Origin: Thermodesulfobacteriota bacterium | GTDB taxonomy: Bacteria > Desulfobacterota > Desulfobulbia > Desulfobulbales > SURF-16 | Direction: 5' to 3' | DNA length: 32,000 nt | Assembly (NCBI GenBank): GCA_040755455.1 | Contig: JBFMAY010000014.1 | Coordinates: 30,308 to 62,307, forward strand | In this document: piece by piece, positions 8,291-18,047 of the stretch | Numbering within the stretch: the stretch's first letter is position 1 | Layout of the letters: the number at the start of each line of letters is the position of its first letter | Made by a program: the position numbers and the translations under genes | Notes under the pieces: generated by a model | The model's input: only the letters and a program-made list of their open reading frames with translations | The model's database searches: none | Told to the model about the DNA's origin: nothing

Positions 8291-8734
8291 TCAGGCGTGC
8301 ATGGCCTTGCGCCAGCCAGCCTCTTTGAGGCGGTTGATCCTGTTGATGGCCCAGGCGTTGATTTCCCGCAGATATCTTGTGCTGTCCTCGTCTTTCCTGG
8401 CAATGATGCGTTCCCTCTCCCCGGCGATATCCTCTGACTCGCCGGGATACATTTCCCGCCAGGTGGCATAGCCCTGGTCAAAAATAAATTCCGGACTGAT
8501 CTCCGCCGCTGACAGGGAAAGTTTGGTCAGGCCATACATCCTGGCCAGGGTCATGTCGTATTCAATAATCCAGCCGTTATCCCGGAGCATGGTTTCGCCG
8601 TTGATGGGGGCGTTGGCCGAGCAAGCCGGGCAGAAAAGCCGGTCCAGCACGTTGGGGCTCATGATGTTGTCACGCAGGTGAAACTGCACCTGTCTGCTGC
8701 CGCATTCACATTTTTTTTTGACTTCAATACACAT
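8291..8734 (-). CDS. hypothetical zinc-ribbon-like protein downstream of the SNF2 helicase
   Basis: The ATG at 8734 (MCIEVKKKCECGSR...) is preceded by GGAGGA 4 nt upstream. Cys pairs CEC ... CPAC suggest a zinc ribbon. It is co-oriented with the SNF2 gene, 84 nt downstream of its stop. Confidence 0.6.
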   Translation of the reverse strand: MCIEVKKKCECGSRQVQFHLRDNIMSPNVLDRLFCPACSANAPINGETMLRDNGWIIEYDMTLARMYGLTKLSLSAAEISPEFIFDQGYATWREMYPGESEDIAGERERIIARKDEDSTRYLREINAWAINRINRLKEAGWRKAMHA

Positions 8735-8818
8735 GCTATCCTCCACTATGAATGGTTTGATGATTTTTTGCAAACAATAGCATGCGGGGAGAAAATAGTA
8801 AATAAATAATAACTATTA

Positions 8819-11800
8819 TCAAAAACCATCCAGGAGCTGCAGGAGATCTTCGGCCCGCAGCTTGTTGCTCAGGTCGCTGCCTTCAAGGAGACTGTCAGCA
8901 AGTTCGCGCTTGTCCTGATGCAGCCGGAGAATTTTTTCCTCGATGGTGTTTCTGGTGACCAGCCGGTAGACCGTGACCGGGCGGGTCTGGCCGATGCGGT
9001 GGGCCCGGTCCGAGGCCTGGTCCTCCACCGCCGGGTTCCACCAGGGATCCATGTGGATGACGAAATCGGCGGCGGTGAGATTCAGACCCAGCCCGCCTGC
9101 CTTGAGGCTGATGAGGAAGAGATCGCCGTCTCCTGCCTGGAACTCGGCCACCTGTTCCTGGCGTTTGAGCGCCGGGGTGGTGCCGTCCAGGTATTTATAG
9201 GTGATGTTGCGTTCGTCGAGAAAGGCGCGGATAATGTGAAGGTGCCGGGCAAACTGGCTGAAAACCAAGGCCTTGTGCCGGTTTTCAATAAGATCCATGA
9301 TGATGGTGCCGAAAAGCTCGAGTTTGGAGCTTTGGATAGCCGTATCCGGCTGGACCAGCCTGGGATTGCAGCATGCCTGCCGCAGCCGCATGATCTCGGC
9401 CAGAATCTGCATATGCCGGTGGGACGGCGAGGCATCGGTGTGTTCGATTTTCTCCAGGGCGCGGATGCGCAGTGCTTCATAGAAGGCGGTCTCCTCAGGG
9501 CTCATATCGACCTGGAGAACGACCTCGGTCCGCGGCGGCAGTTCCTCCAGGACCTGGCTTTTCAAGCGCCGGAGAATGAAGGGCTGGATCAGTTTTTTTA
9601 ATTTTTTGCGGGCGTTCTTGTCCTTGTCTTTTTCAATGGCCATGGCATAGCGCTGATTGAACTGCTCCAGGGAACCGAGCAGGCCCGGGTTGATGAAGTT
9701 GAAAAGGTTCCACAGTTCTCCCAGGTGGTTTTCGATGGGGGTGCCGGTGGTGATCATCTTGAAATTGCCGTCGAGTTCCATGGCGGCCCTGGAGCGCTTG
9801 GTGGCGATGTTTTTGATGGCTTGGGCCTCGTCGAGCACGATGACTCGCCATTTTTTCCCTGAAAGGAGTTTGTCCTCCTGTTGCAGCAGGCCGTAACTGC
9901 AGATCAGCACGTCAAAAGGGCCAAGGCCGTCCACCAGCTGTTCCCGTTCCTTGCCGCCGAAGATCAAAGTGTGCAGGGTGGGCGCAAAACGGCGGACTTC
10001 CTCCTGCCAGTTCATGCAGACTGAGGTGGGGGCCACCACCAGCGAAGGGCCGTGCGGAGCCTCCTGCAGAATGATGCCCAGGGTCTGTACGGTTTTTCCC
10101 AGACCCATATCGTCGGCCAGACAGGCGCCGACACCCCAGTGTTTGAGCCGGGCCAGCCATTTGAATCCCTCAATCTGGTACTCGCGCAGTTCGGCCTGCA
10201 GGGTTGTCGGCACCTCGCTCTGAAAGGCGCGTGATTCCCGGATGCGCTGCAGCTGCTCCTGCCACTGCTGGTCGGCGGTCACCTGGATGCCGCTTTCCGT
10301 GAAACCTTCCAGGGTGCAGCATGCCAGGGGATGCATGCGCCTCAGCTGCCCGTGGGCTTCGCTAAAGGAGGTCAATTCATCCAGCTGTTTCCGGAATTCC
10401 CGGGACAGGGCGAGGAACTCACCTTTGCCCAGGGGGATGAATCGGCCGGAATTTGCCTGGATCAGTTCCAGCAACGTTTTCATCTCCATCACCTTGTCTT
10501 GGTCGATGGCGAGTTGTCCGTCCAGTTCAAACCAGTTCTGTTTCCGTCTGATATGCAACTGGAAATCCTGGAAGGAGGCATGGTGGCGGATGGCAAGTTT
10601 TTCCCCTTCAGGCCATTCAATGATGACGTCATCCCCCAGGTTCTGGATTTCCGCAAGCACCTCCAGGCAATCCTGCAGATCCTCGATGAACCACTCGCCG
10701 TCCATCCCGCTCAGTCTGGCCAGGGTGGGGCATCGTTCCTCGATCTGCGCGCAGTTTTCTCTTTCCTTGTCAAGGTTGCGGCAGGTTTGCAGGCGTTTGC
10801 CGTGAATCTCGGCAATGACGTTCACCGCCCCCTCGCCGGGATAGAGATAAGGTCCGCCGACGGCAAAAGGCTTCACCAGCATGGAGACCCGGAAGCCGGT
10901 GCCCACCGGCAGCAGCTGCATGATGATCTTGTCCGCGGCCCGCACCTCTTCGATCTCTCTTGAGGTGGCGCCGATATCGGAGTGTATGGTCAGGCAGGAT
11001 GAAAGATTGCCCAGGGTTTCCAGGACCTGTTTTTTGGCGCCTTCCGGAATGCGGAGACCGTCGTCGCCGATGATTGCCGCAATTTTGCGGTGTTTTTCCG
11101 AGATCTCGATAATCCTGAAGCGGGTGGGGGTCTCCCGCACCGCCATCACCTTTTCATCGCCGATGGGTGATGAGAATTCCAGCAGCACCTTGTCCGCTGT
11201 TTGGGTGGCATGCAGTTCCGGTTCACCCCTGGTGAATTCCACCGGCACGGAGGGATGCGCGCTGGAAAAGAGCAGGGGATGGCCGACCAGGGCGGACAGG
11301 GTTTCATCCATGTCAAATTCAAAGGAGGTTTCATGGCTGAACTCCTTTTTGCGCAATGACGCCCTGATTCTCTGGTCCTGCTCGGTGAGGAAGGGGAGAT
11401 TTTCGCCGGCGTGCAAACGTTTCAGTGCCACGGAGCGTCCCTGGCTCCATTTGCCGCTGGCGGTGAGTTTTTGTTCCCTGGGGTGAATGGTGACAAAGCC
11501 GTCCTTGAAGTCCACCAGCCAGACCATTCTGTACTGGGGCGGACCAGCATCCTCATCTTCCAGGCTGACGATATTCAGGGCCTTTAAGGCGCGTTGCCAG
11601 GCTTTTTCATGGGGAAGCACGGCGAGGAGCGAGGTGATGGCCGCTTTGCGGCAGACCGCGACGCTGAAATCCTGATAGGACTCGATTTCAGTGGCCTGAT
11701 AGAGCAGGGCCGCATATTCCATGGCCAGCCAGTCGTAGCCGTTTTCCCTGGCCCGGGTGTAAAATTCATGCAGTTCATCCCGCTGGCCTGCTTCCAGCGT

Positions 11801-12964
11801 GCCGTTGAGCCAGAAGCTGCCAAGCCCCATGAACAGGGCCGTCACCGCGTCTTTCCCCCCCTGCTGCCATATCTGCGAAGTGAAATCCGGCTTGAAGTTT
11901 TCCAGTTTGGCCTTGGTCACCTGCTGGAGAATCCTGTAGGCCGGGAGCAGGGGATTATTGCTCTGCTCCGTTTCCACCGTGGCGATAAAGGAGGAGATGA
12001 CCGGATACTTCCGGTAGTCGCCTGATTTCAGCAGGGCCAGGATAAAGATGAGTCCTTCCATGCCGATGAAAAAAACGTTTTTTGCCTCTTTCTTTATGCG
12101 CAGCTCGATCAGATCTTCCTGGAAGCTGGCAATGGCTGCCGGGTTGTTGCCGAGCAGGAATTCCAGCCAGCCACGCAGGCCGAAGGAGTCAATGTGGTTG
12201 CCGGCCTCGGCAATTTTCAGGCGGGCCGCATCCATATCGGCCCGTAGCAGCTGGTTGAGAATAATCAGATAATAGATGGAGGGCCAGCCCTGCCGCGGAA
12301 TCACCTTCAGGGTGTTTTCATCGGTGAGATAAGCAAGAGGCAGGTCGAAGGATTCAAGGTCGAGGAGGCTTTTTCGGCTTATTTCATGGAGGCTGTGGAG
12401 CTGCAGGTGGGGCGGCAGGGTGCTGAACCACCGGGCCTCAAACGGGTTGTTGACGATTTCCACCAGCGGGGAGTGCAGTTCCGAGGTGTCCGGGCAGTCA
12501 TAATAGCGCAGGAGATGTTCGTTGAAATGATCGAACTTGCCCAGGTACAGACCGATGCGCATTTCCCGTAAATGGCGCAGGCTTTTCTGCAGCAGGGTAT
12601 CGTAGGCCTGCCCATTGGCGGGAAGATGTTTGCCGACGATGCGGGCCATGCGGGCAAAGTTGCCGGCGGTCAGGGCTTTCCTGCTGATGATTTCCACCAT
12701 GAGGGGGTGGCACTGGCAGCGCCAGGTCACGAGATCTTGTTCCTGCAGTTTGCGCAGCATAGCGGATTGCGGCCGCGCCGCGCCGGGCAGGTTTGCATCA
12801 TCGTGCCGGCCGGTAAATTCCTGGAAGCAGCTGATGATGGCGGCAGCGCCGGCGGGCTCGAAAATGATCGAGATGAGCTGGAGCAGTTCCTGCTCTTCCC
12901 TGGCCAGGGCTTCATACTGGGAGAGAAGATGCGTAATTTTCCGGGTGGATGAAAATTTTGCCAT
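8819..12964 (-). CDS. SNF2-family DEAD/DEAH-box helicase with large N-terminal extension
   Basis: The 1381-aa ORF has helicase motifs in its C-terminal roughly 480 aa: LADDMGLGKT (motif I), DEAQAIKN (motif II), GTPIENHLGELWNLFNF, and QASDRAHRIGQTRPVTVYRL (motif VI). The preceding roughly 900 aa are helical or of unknown fold. Part of that region may be the bacterial SNF2 helicase-associated domain. Confidence 0.9.
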   Translation of the reverse strand: MAKFSSTRKITHLLSQYEALAREEQELLQLISIIFEPAGAAAIISCFQEFTGRHDDANLPGAARPQSAMLRKLQEQDLVTWRCQCHPLMVEIISRKALTAGNFARMARIVGKHLPANGQAYDTLLQKSLRHLREMRIGLYLGKFDHFNEHLLRYYDCPDTSELHSPLVEIVNNPFEARWFSTLPPHLQLHSLHEISRKSLLDLESFDLPLAYLTDENTLKVIPRQGWPSIYYLIILNQLLRADMDAARLKIAEAGNHIDSFGLRGWLEFLLGNNPAAIASFQEDLIELRIKKEAKNVFFIGMEGLIFILALLKSGDYRKYPVISSFIATVETEQSNNPLLPAYRILQQVTKAKLENFKPDFTSQIWQQGGKDAVTALFMGLGSFWLNGTLEAGQRDELHEFYTRARENGYDWLAMEYAALLYQATEIESYQDFSVAVCRKAAITSLLAVLPHEKAWQRALKALNIVSLEDEDAGPPQYRMVWLVDFKDGFVTIHPREQKLTASGKWSQGRSVALKRLHAGENLPFLTEQDQRIRASLRKKEFSHETSFEFDMDETLSALVGHPLLFSSAHPSVPVEFTRGEPELHATQTADKVLLEFSSPIGDEKVMAVRETPTRFRIIEISEKHRKIAAIIGDDGLRIPEGAKKQVLETLGNLSSCLTIHSDIGATSREIEEVRAADKIIMQLLPVGTGFRVSMLVKPFAVGGPYLYPGEGAVNVIAEIHGKRLQTCRNLDKERENCAQIEERCPTLARLSGMDGEWFIEDLQDCLEVLAEIQNLGDDVIIEWPEGEKLAIRHHASFQDFQLHIRRKQNWFELDGQLAIDQDKVMEMKTLLELIQANSGRFIPLGKGEFLALSREFRKQLDELTSFSEAHGQLRRMHPLACCTLEGFTESGIQVTADQQWQEQLQRIRESRAFQSEVPTTLQAELREYQIEGFKWLARLKHWGVGACLADDMGLGKTVQTLGIILQEAPHGPSLVVAPTSVCMNWQEEVRRFAPTLHTLIFGGKEREQLVDGLGPFDVLICSYGLLQQEDKLLSGKKWRVIVLDEAQAIKNIATKRSRAAMELDGNFKMITTGTPIENHLGELWNLFNFINPGLLGSLEQFNQRYAMAIEKDKDKNARKKLKKLIQPFILRRLKSQVLEELPPRTEVVLQVDMSPEETAFYEALRIRALEKIEHTDASPSHRHMQILAEIMRLRQACCNPRLVQPDTAIQSSKLELFGTIIMDLIENRHKALVFSQFARHLHIIRAFLDERNITYKYLDGTTPALKRQEQVAEFQAGDGDLFLISLKAGGLGLNLTAADFVIHMDPWWNPAVEDQASDRAHRIGQTRPVTVYRLVTRNTIEEKILRLHQDKRELADSLLEGSDLSNKLRAEDLLQLLDGF

Positions 12965-13158
12965 TTTGGTAGTATACCATAAAATTGCGGTCTGACTTGT
13001 TCATTTTTAGCAGCCAGCATGGGGGAAACCAAAAAAACGAGCGCGTCGCCGCCCGCGGCATGGGCCGGCAGGCAGCAAGGGCCGCCGGTTTTGTCCTGCT
13101 ATGATGATATGTGTGTTTTTTACTGGACAAAGTTTCTTTTTTTCAGTTTGTTCATCAC

Positions 13159-13908
13159 ATGAAAATACATTTTTTGGGGGTTGGCGAGGCCTGCGATGCA
13201 CGCTGTCCCAATACATCGCTGCTTGTTACGGTAGGAAACGGCCGGCGTTTTCTGCTTGACTGCGGCTTTACCGTCCCGCATCTCTATTTTGCCGTAAGCC
13301 TCGACCCGGACGAGCTGGATGCGCTGTGGATTTCCCACTTTCATGGCGATCATTTTTTCGGTGTGCCGCTGCTGCTGCTCAGGTTCTGGGAAATGGGCCG
13401 CCGGAAAAAGCTGGTTATTGCCGGGCCCCGGGGAGTACGGGAAAAAATTGCGGCGGCCATGGAGCTTGCCTACCCGGACTTCATGGCCCGGCTCATGTAT
13501 CACCTTGAATTTGTCGAAATTGAACCGGGAGACGGCCGGGACATTGCCGGCACAGGCTGGCGCACGGCGGAAAATGTCCATTCCGAGCGTTGCCTGGCCT
13601 TGTGTATCGATGACGGCGGCCACCGCATCTTTTACAGCGGGGATGGCCGGCCGACCAGGGAGACGGCGGCTCTGGCCCGGGGCTGCGACCTGATCGTGCA
13701 TGAGGCCTTCCGGCTGGGCGAGGAAGTGGACAACCACGGCAGTGTCAGGGGCTGCCTTGAATTCGCCGGCAGGGCCGGGGTGAGGCACCTTGCCCTGGTG
13801 CATGTGCAGCGCACCTGCCGGGAGACCGCCCAACAAACGGTCGCCGGGCTGGTTCGTGACGGTCTGCATGTTTTTCTGCCGGAACCGGGGGAGCTGTTTT
13901 GTTTATAA
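13159..13908 (+). CDS. MBL-fold metallo-hydrolase (RNase Z/BN-like)
   Basis: MKIHFLGVGEA...LLDCG ... ISHFHGDHFFG (the HxHxDH motif) ... HEAF ... LVH. I chose the ATG at 13159; the track ORF starts at 13111. Confidence 0.85.
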   Translation: MKIHFLGVGEACDARCPNTSLLVTVGNGRRFLLDCGFTVPHLYFAVSLDPDELDALWISHFHGDHFFGVPLLLLRFWEMGRRKKLVIAGPRGVREKIAAAMELAYPDFMARLMYHLEFVEIEPGDGRDIAGTGWRTAENVHSERCLALCIDDGGHRIFYSGDGRPTRETAALARGCDLIVHEAFRLGEEVDNHGSVRGCLEFAGRAGVRHLALVHVQRTCRETAQQTVAGLVRDGLHVFLPEPGELFCL

Positions 13909-14001
13909 GGATCTCTGACGGGCGGCAAGATCCCCGGCCATTGGCCTGGAGGTTCCGGCATCATGGTTTTTTTTCATCTTGAAAAATAGCCCGTGCACGG
14001 C

Positions 14002-14029
14002 TTGACTCAACACCAACAGTTGCTATATT
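14002..14029 (+). promoter_or_regulatory. candidate sigma70-type promoter for the BI-1 family gene
   Basis: TTGACT (14002-14007), a 16-nt spacer, then TATATT (14024-14029), about 110 nt upstream of the ATG at 14140. Confidence 0.35.
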
Positions 14030-14139
14030 AATGAGTGCAGCATAATAAGTTGAATTGATAAAAAAATGTCGGGCGCAGCGAAAGCATCATTTGCCCGACC
14101 AGGATTTGCAAGTTCTTGTCACATTAGGGAGGATGATAA

Positions 14140-14856
14140 ATGTACGAAAATGGTTTTAATAGAACGGTTACCGTTTCCCAGGCCGAAACCCAGGCCTCAA
14201 CGATTTTCCTGGCCAAGGTTTTCAACTGGATGGCCATGGGGCTGGGACTCACCGGGCTGATGGCCTTTCTGGTGGCCAACTCGGAAACAGCGATGCAGAT
14301 TTTTATCTTTAACCCCATGATGCGCTGGGGGCTCATTTTTGCCGAGCTGGGGCTGGTTTTTTATCTGTCCGCCAGGGTGATGCGTCTTTCCCCCCAGGCG
14401 GCAACCGCCCTCTTTCTCATCTACTCGGCCTTAAACGGCATCACCCTGTCCGTGATCCTGCATGTGTATACCGCCACCTCCGTGGCCGCCACCTTCTTTA
14501 TCACCGCCGGCATGTTCGGCGCCATGGCCATTTACGGCCTGGTAACCAAGAAGGACCTGAGCGGCCTGGGCTCCTTCATGTTCATGGGGCTGATCGGCAT
14601 GATCATTGCCTCGGTGGTCAATATCTTCCTGCAGAGCTCCATGATGGCCTGGATCGTCTCCGGCCTTGGCGTGATTATCTTCACCGGGCTCACCGCCTAT
14701 GATGTGCAGAAGATTACCCAGATCGGCGCATCCGGCATCATGCGGGAGGGCGAAGCCGCCATCCGCAAGGGGGCGATCATGGGCGCCCTGGCCCTGTATC
14801 TTGATTTCATCAACCTGTTCCTGAGCCTGCTGCATTTCCTCGGCAACCGGGAATAG
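14140..14856 (+). CDS. Bax inhibitor-1/YccA family membrane protein
   Basis: The 238-aa polytopic ORF has the N-terminus ...FLAKVFNWMAMGLGLTGLMAF. The C-terminal motifs GLTAYDVQKI and ALYLDFINLF are typical of BI-1/YbhL/YccA proteins. RBS GGGAGG. Confidence 0.9.
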   Translation: MYENGFNRTVTVSQAETQASTIFLAKVFNWMAMGLGLTGLMAFLVANSETAMQIFIFNPMMRWGLIFAELGLVFYLSARVMRLSPQAATALFLIYSALNGITLSVILHVYTATSVAATFFITAGMFGAMAIYGLVTKKDLSGLGSFMFMGLIGMIIASVVNIFLQSSMMAWIVSGLGVIIFTGLTAYDVQKITQIGASGIMREGEAAIRKGAIMGALALYLDFINLFLSLLHFLGNRE

Positions 14857-14866
14857 TTCCTTGCCG

Positions 14867-14921
14867 CCCCGTGGTTTTTACCACGGGGAAATTCATTAGG
14901 GGCGGTTCGCGAACCGCCCCT
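14867..14921 (+). terminator. two consecutive GC-rich hairpins after the BI-1 gene (candidate terminator/mRNA stabiliser)
   Basis: CCCCGTGG-ttttta-CCACGGGG (14867-14888) and the perfect 24-nt palindrome AGGGGCGGTTCG/CGAACCGCCCCT (14898-14921). No U-tract follows, so intrinsic termination is uncertain. Confidence 0.35.
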
Positions 14922-15133
14922 GCTACCCCAACCTCTTGCATCCTTTTTCCCCCTTCCTTCCTGCGCATTTCCAATCAGCAGGGATTTCATTTTTTTAATC
15001 TTCCTGCCATCTGATAGCAGTTTTCTCTTGCAAATTTTTTAATTGCGGGTTTTTTTCTGAGCAGTCATTCATTTTTTGGGGAGGCTGCCATTCTCCCTGT
15101 TTCCCGCTAAACAGCCAAAACGGAAAAAAACGG

Positions 15134-17968
15134 ATGAGTAACACCAAACCCACGGTGTTTATCAGCTACAGCCACAAGGATGAGGAGTGGAAAAATCAGC
15201 TTCTCCCGCATCTCAAGGCCTTTGAGCAGCAGGGCGATCTGCTGCTCTGGCATGACCGCAGGATCGACACCGGCGCAGACTGGTTTCCGGAGATCGAGGA
15301 GGCGGTGGAAAGGTCACGGGTAGCAGTCTGTATTATCTCAGAAAATTTCCTGGCCTCGGATTTCATTATCAAGGAGGAGGTGCCGGACCTGCTGAAACGG
15401 CGGGAGGCCAAAGATCTGATCATTATGCCTTTGCTTGCTGAGCCCTGCCCGTGGCAAGCCATCCGCTGGCTCAAGGGTATCCAGATGTTTCCCTCGGACA
15501 ACAATTGCCTTGCCGCCATCAGAGGCAAAACAAAGCGGAAACAACTGCTGGCGGATTTTGCCATCAAGGTGGCGGATCAGGCAGTTCCTACGAGATTGGA
15601 TGAGTTGCTTACCGTCCGGAAGTCTTCCACGTGCATTATCAGTCTTTGCGAGACATTCCAGCCCTCTCTTGATTATAGAATTGAGATCTCCCATCTTCCC
15701 GTGACCGGGGTCGAACTCTTTGGCCGCGAGGCGGAGCTTGAACTGTTGGACAATTCCTGGAAAGAGGGCAAAACCAATGTCATCAGTTTCGTGGCCTGGG
15801 GCGGGGTGGGGAAATCCACCCTGATCAACCGTTGGCTCGCCGAGATGGCCATGGACAGCTATCGGGCCGTCGCCCGGGTCTTTGGCTGGTCCTTTTACAG
15901 CCAGGGGACCGGTGAGTGGGTCACCTCGGCGGACCGCTTCATTGCCGAGGCCCTGGCCTGGTTTGGTGATCCGGACCCTACGACAGGCTCACCCTGGGAC
16001 AAGGGCCAGCGCCTGGCAGATCTCATTCGCAAAGAGCGGACTCTTCTGGTGCTGGACGGGCTGGAGCCGCTGCAGGCCGAGCATGACTTTGAAAGAGGCC
16101 GGATCAAGGACCCTGGCCTGGCCGTCCTGATTAAAGAATTGGCAAAAGACAATCCCGGCCTCTGCCTCATCACCACCCGTGAACAGGTGGCTGATCTCAA
16201 ACGCTTCCCGCAAAACGTGCTGGAAAGAAATCTTGAGCAGATATCCGCTCAAGCCGGCCGGGCCCTGTTGCGGGTGGGCGGCGTGCGGGGCACGGACCGG
16301 GGATTGGAGGATGCCTCGCGCGCCTTCGGCAATCATGCCCTGGCCGTCAAGCTCCTGGCCGCCTATCTCCATGCGATCCCAGAACACCACATCAAACACG
16401 CGGCCGATATCCCCGACCTGGATATCCTAGATGACCAGGGGCGACAGCCCCGTCGGGTCATGGCCGCCCTGCTGCAGCATTTGGGGGACTGCCCGGAGGT
16501 GGAGTATCTGCGGATTCTTGGCCTATTTGACCGACCGGCGGACCAGGAGGCCCTGACGGCGCTGCTCACTCCGCCGCCTATCCCGGATTTGACCGGTCAG
16601 ATCATGGCAGTTGCCGAAGGAGATCGCCATGACTGCCTCACCCGCCTGCGACGCCTGGGCCTTCTGGCCCCGGCAAGCAGCCATCGCGTCGGCGATCTGG
16701 ACTGCCATCCCCTGGTGCGGGAGCATATGGCCGACCTCCTCCAAAAGCAATTCCCCCAGGCCTGGCAGCAGGGCAACCTGCGGCTTTACGAGCACTATAA
16801 GGGGATAGCCAAGGAATACCCGGACACCATCGAGGAGATGGCTCCGCTTTTTTACGCCTGCGCCCATGGCTGCCGGGCCGGTAACCAACAGGAGGCGCTG
16901 ATTGAGGTGTATTGGAAACGTATTAAAAGGGGGAATGAGCATTACTGCACGCGAAAACTCGGCGCCTTCGGTTCTGATCTGGCGGCCCTGGCCAACTTTT
17001 TCGACTCCATCTGGGACCGGCCCGCGCCAGGGCTTGCTGAAATGTGGCAGGCTTGGGTCTTGGGCAATGCCGGTTTTCGCTTAAAGGCCCTTGGCAGGCT
17101 GGCCGAGGCAAAGAGGCCAATGCGGGACTGCTTGGAAATGTGCATCCGACAGAGAAATTGGTCGGAGGCGTCAAAAATTACTTCCAACCTCAGCGAGCTC
17201 TTCCTCGACCTGGGCGAGATGGCCTGGGCTGTGGAGTATGGGCAACAAACTGTGGAATTGGCCGCGCGCAGCGGTAATCGGCATTCGCGTGTGATTGGCC
17301 TTACCACCCATGCTGTTTCCCGCCATCAGGCCGGCCAATTGGCCGAGGCCGAAGAGCTGTTTCGTCAGGCTGAAGCCATGCAGCGGGAAGAGCAGCTCGA
17401 CTACCCCATGCTCTACTCACTGCGGGGATTCCAATACTGTGACCTGCTCTTTGATCTTTACCCGCCAACCGAGGTCTGGAAACGGGTGAAGAAGACGTTG
17501 GGCTGGGCGGAAAAGGCAACGGGAGTATCCCTCCTCGACATTGGCCTGGACCACCTCACCATGGGCCGGGCCTGCCAGCGGCTAGGTGAGCCGGTCACTG
17601 CCGCCACCTATCTCGCACAAGCCATAGACTTTTTGCGTAAAGCAAATTTTCAAGAGATTCTCCCACGCGGTCTCCTAGCCCGGGCCGCCTTTTGCCGGGA
17701 GCAGGGGCAACTGAACGCCGCCCGCCGGGATCTGGAGGAGGTCCTGGAGATCGCCGAACCCTGCGGCATGCGTCTCCATCTCACCGACTATCATCTGGAG
17801 AGCTGCCGGCTGGGGCTGGCCGAAAACGAGCTGCCCACTGCCCACGAGCATCTGGACAAGGCGAAAAAACTGGTCGCCGAGACCGGCTACCACCGCCGGG
17901 ACCGGGAGGTTCAGGAACTTGAAAAATTGCTGGCCGCCGCAGATACGGCCGGCAAACAGGCACCGTAA
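15134..17968 (+). CDS. TIR - NB-ARC (STAND P-loop NTPase) - TPR protein
   Basis: TIR: TVFISYSHKDEEW...LLWHDRRIDTGADWFPEIEEAVERSRVAVCIISENFLASDFIIKEEV. NB-ARC: Walker A FVAWGGVGKSTL (K227), Walker B LLVLDGLE (D308), RNBS-B-like LCLITTRE, and a GLPL-like GNHALAV. The C-terminal roughly 400 aa are helical TPR-like repeats. Confidence 0.9.
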   Translation: MSNTKPTVFISYSHKDEEWKNQLLPHLKAFEQQGDLLLWHDRRIDTGADWFPEIEEAVERSRVAVCIISENFLASDFIIKEEVPDLLKRREAKDLIIMPLLAEPCPWQAIRWLKGIQMFPSDNNCLAAIRGKTKRKQLLADFAIKVADQAVPTRLDELLTVRKSSTCIISLCETFQPSLDYRIEISHLPVTGVELFGREAELELLDNSWKEGKTNVISFVAWGGVGKSTLINRWLAEMAMDSYRAVARVFGWSFYSQGTGEWVTSADRFIAEALAWFGDPDPTTGSPWDKGQRLADLIRKERTLLVLDGLEPLQAEHDFERGRIKDPGLAVLIKELAKDNPGLCLITTREQVADLKRFPQNVLERNLEQISAQAGRALLRVGGVRGTDRGLEDASRAFGNHALAVKLLAAYLHAIPEHHIKHAADIPDLDILDDQGRQPRRVMAALLQHLGDCPEVEYLRILGLFDRPADQEALTALLTPPPIPDLTGQIMAVAEGDRHDCLTRLRRLGLLAPASSHRVGDLDCHPLVREHMADLLQKQFPQAWQQGNLRLYEHYKGIAKEYPDTIEEMAPLFYACAHGCRAGNQQEALIEVYWKRIKRGNEHYCTRKLGAFGSDLAALANFFDSIWDRPAPGLAEMWQAWVLGNAGFRLKALGRLAEAKRPMRDCLEMCIRQRNWSEASKITSNLSELFLDLGEMAWAVEYGQQTVELAARSGNRHSRVIGLTTHAVSRHQAGQLAEAEELFRQAEAMQREEQLDYPMLYSLRGFQYCDLLFDLYPPTEVWKRVKKTLGWAEKATGVSLLDIGLDHLTMGRACQRLGEPVTAATYLAQAIDFLRKANFQEILPRGLLARAAFCREQGQLNAARRDLEEVLEIAEPCGMRLHLTDYHLESCRLGLAENELPTAHEHLDKAKKLVAETGYHRRDREVQELEKLLAAADTAGKQAP

Positions 17969-18047
17969 AGAGTGGCCGAATGAAAATTATGCCAACAATA
18001 ACCGCTATGGCCGTAACCGTGGTTGGGAAAAAGCGAGGATCGTAACT

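Noticed and set aside
7272-8471. A 399-aa plus-strand ORF spanning the HTH remnant, the exported-protein gene and part of the zinc-ribbon gene
   Set aside because: It is antisense to three minus-strand frames that have clear features (Fis HTH, signal peptide, RBS plus Cys pairs). Its own sequence is Gly/Ala-rich with no motif or RBS.
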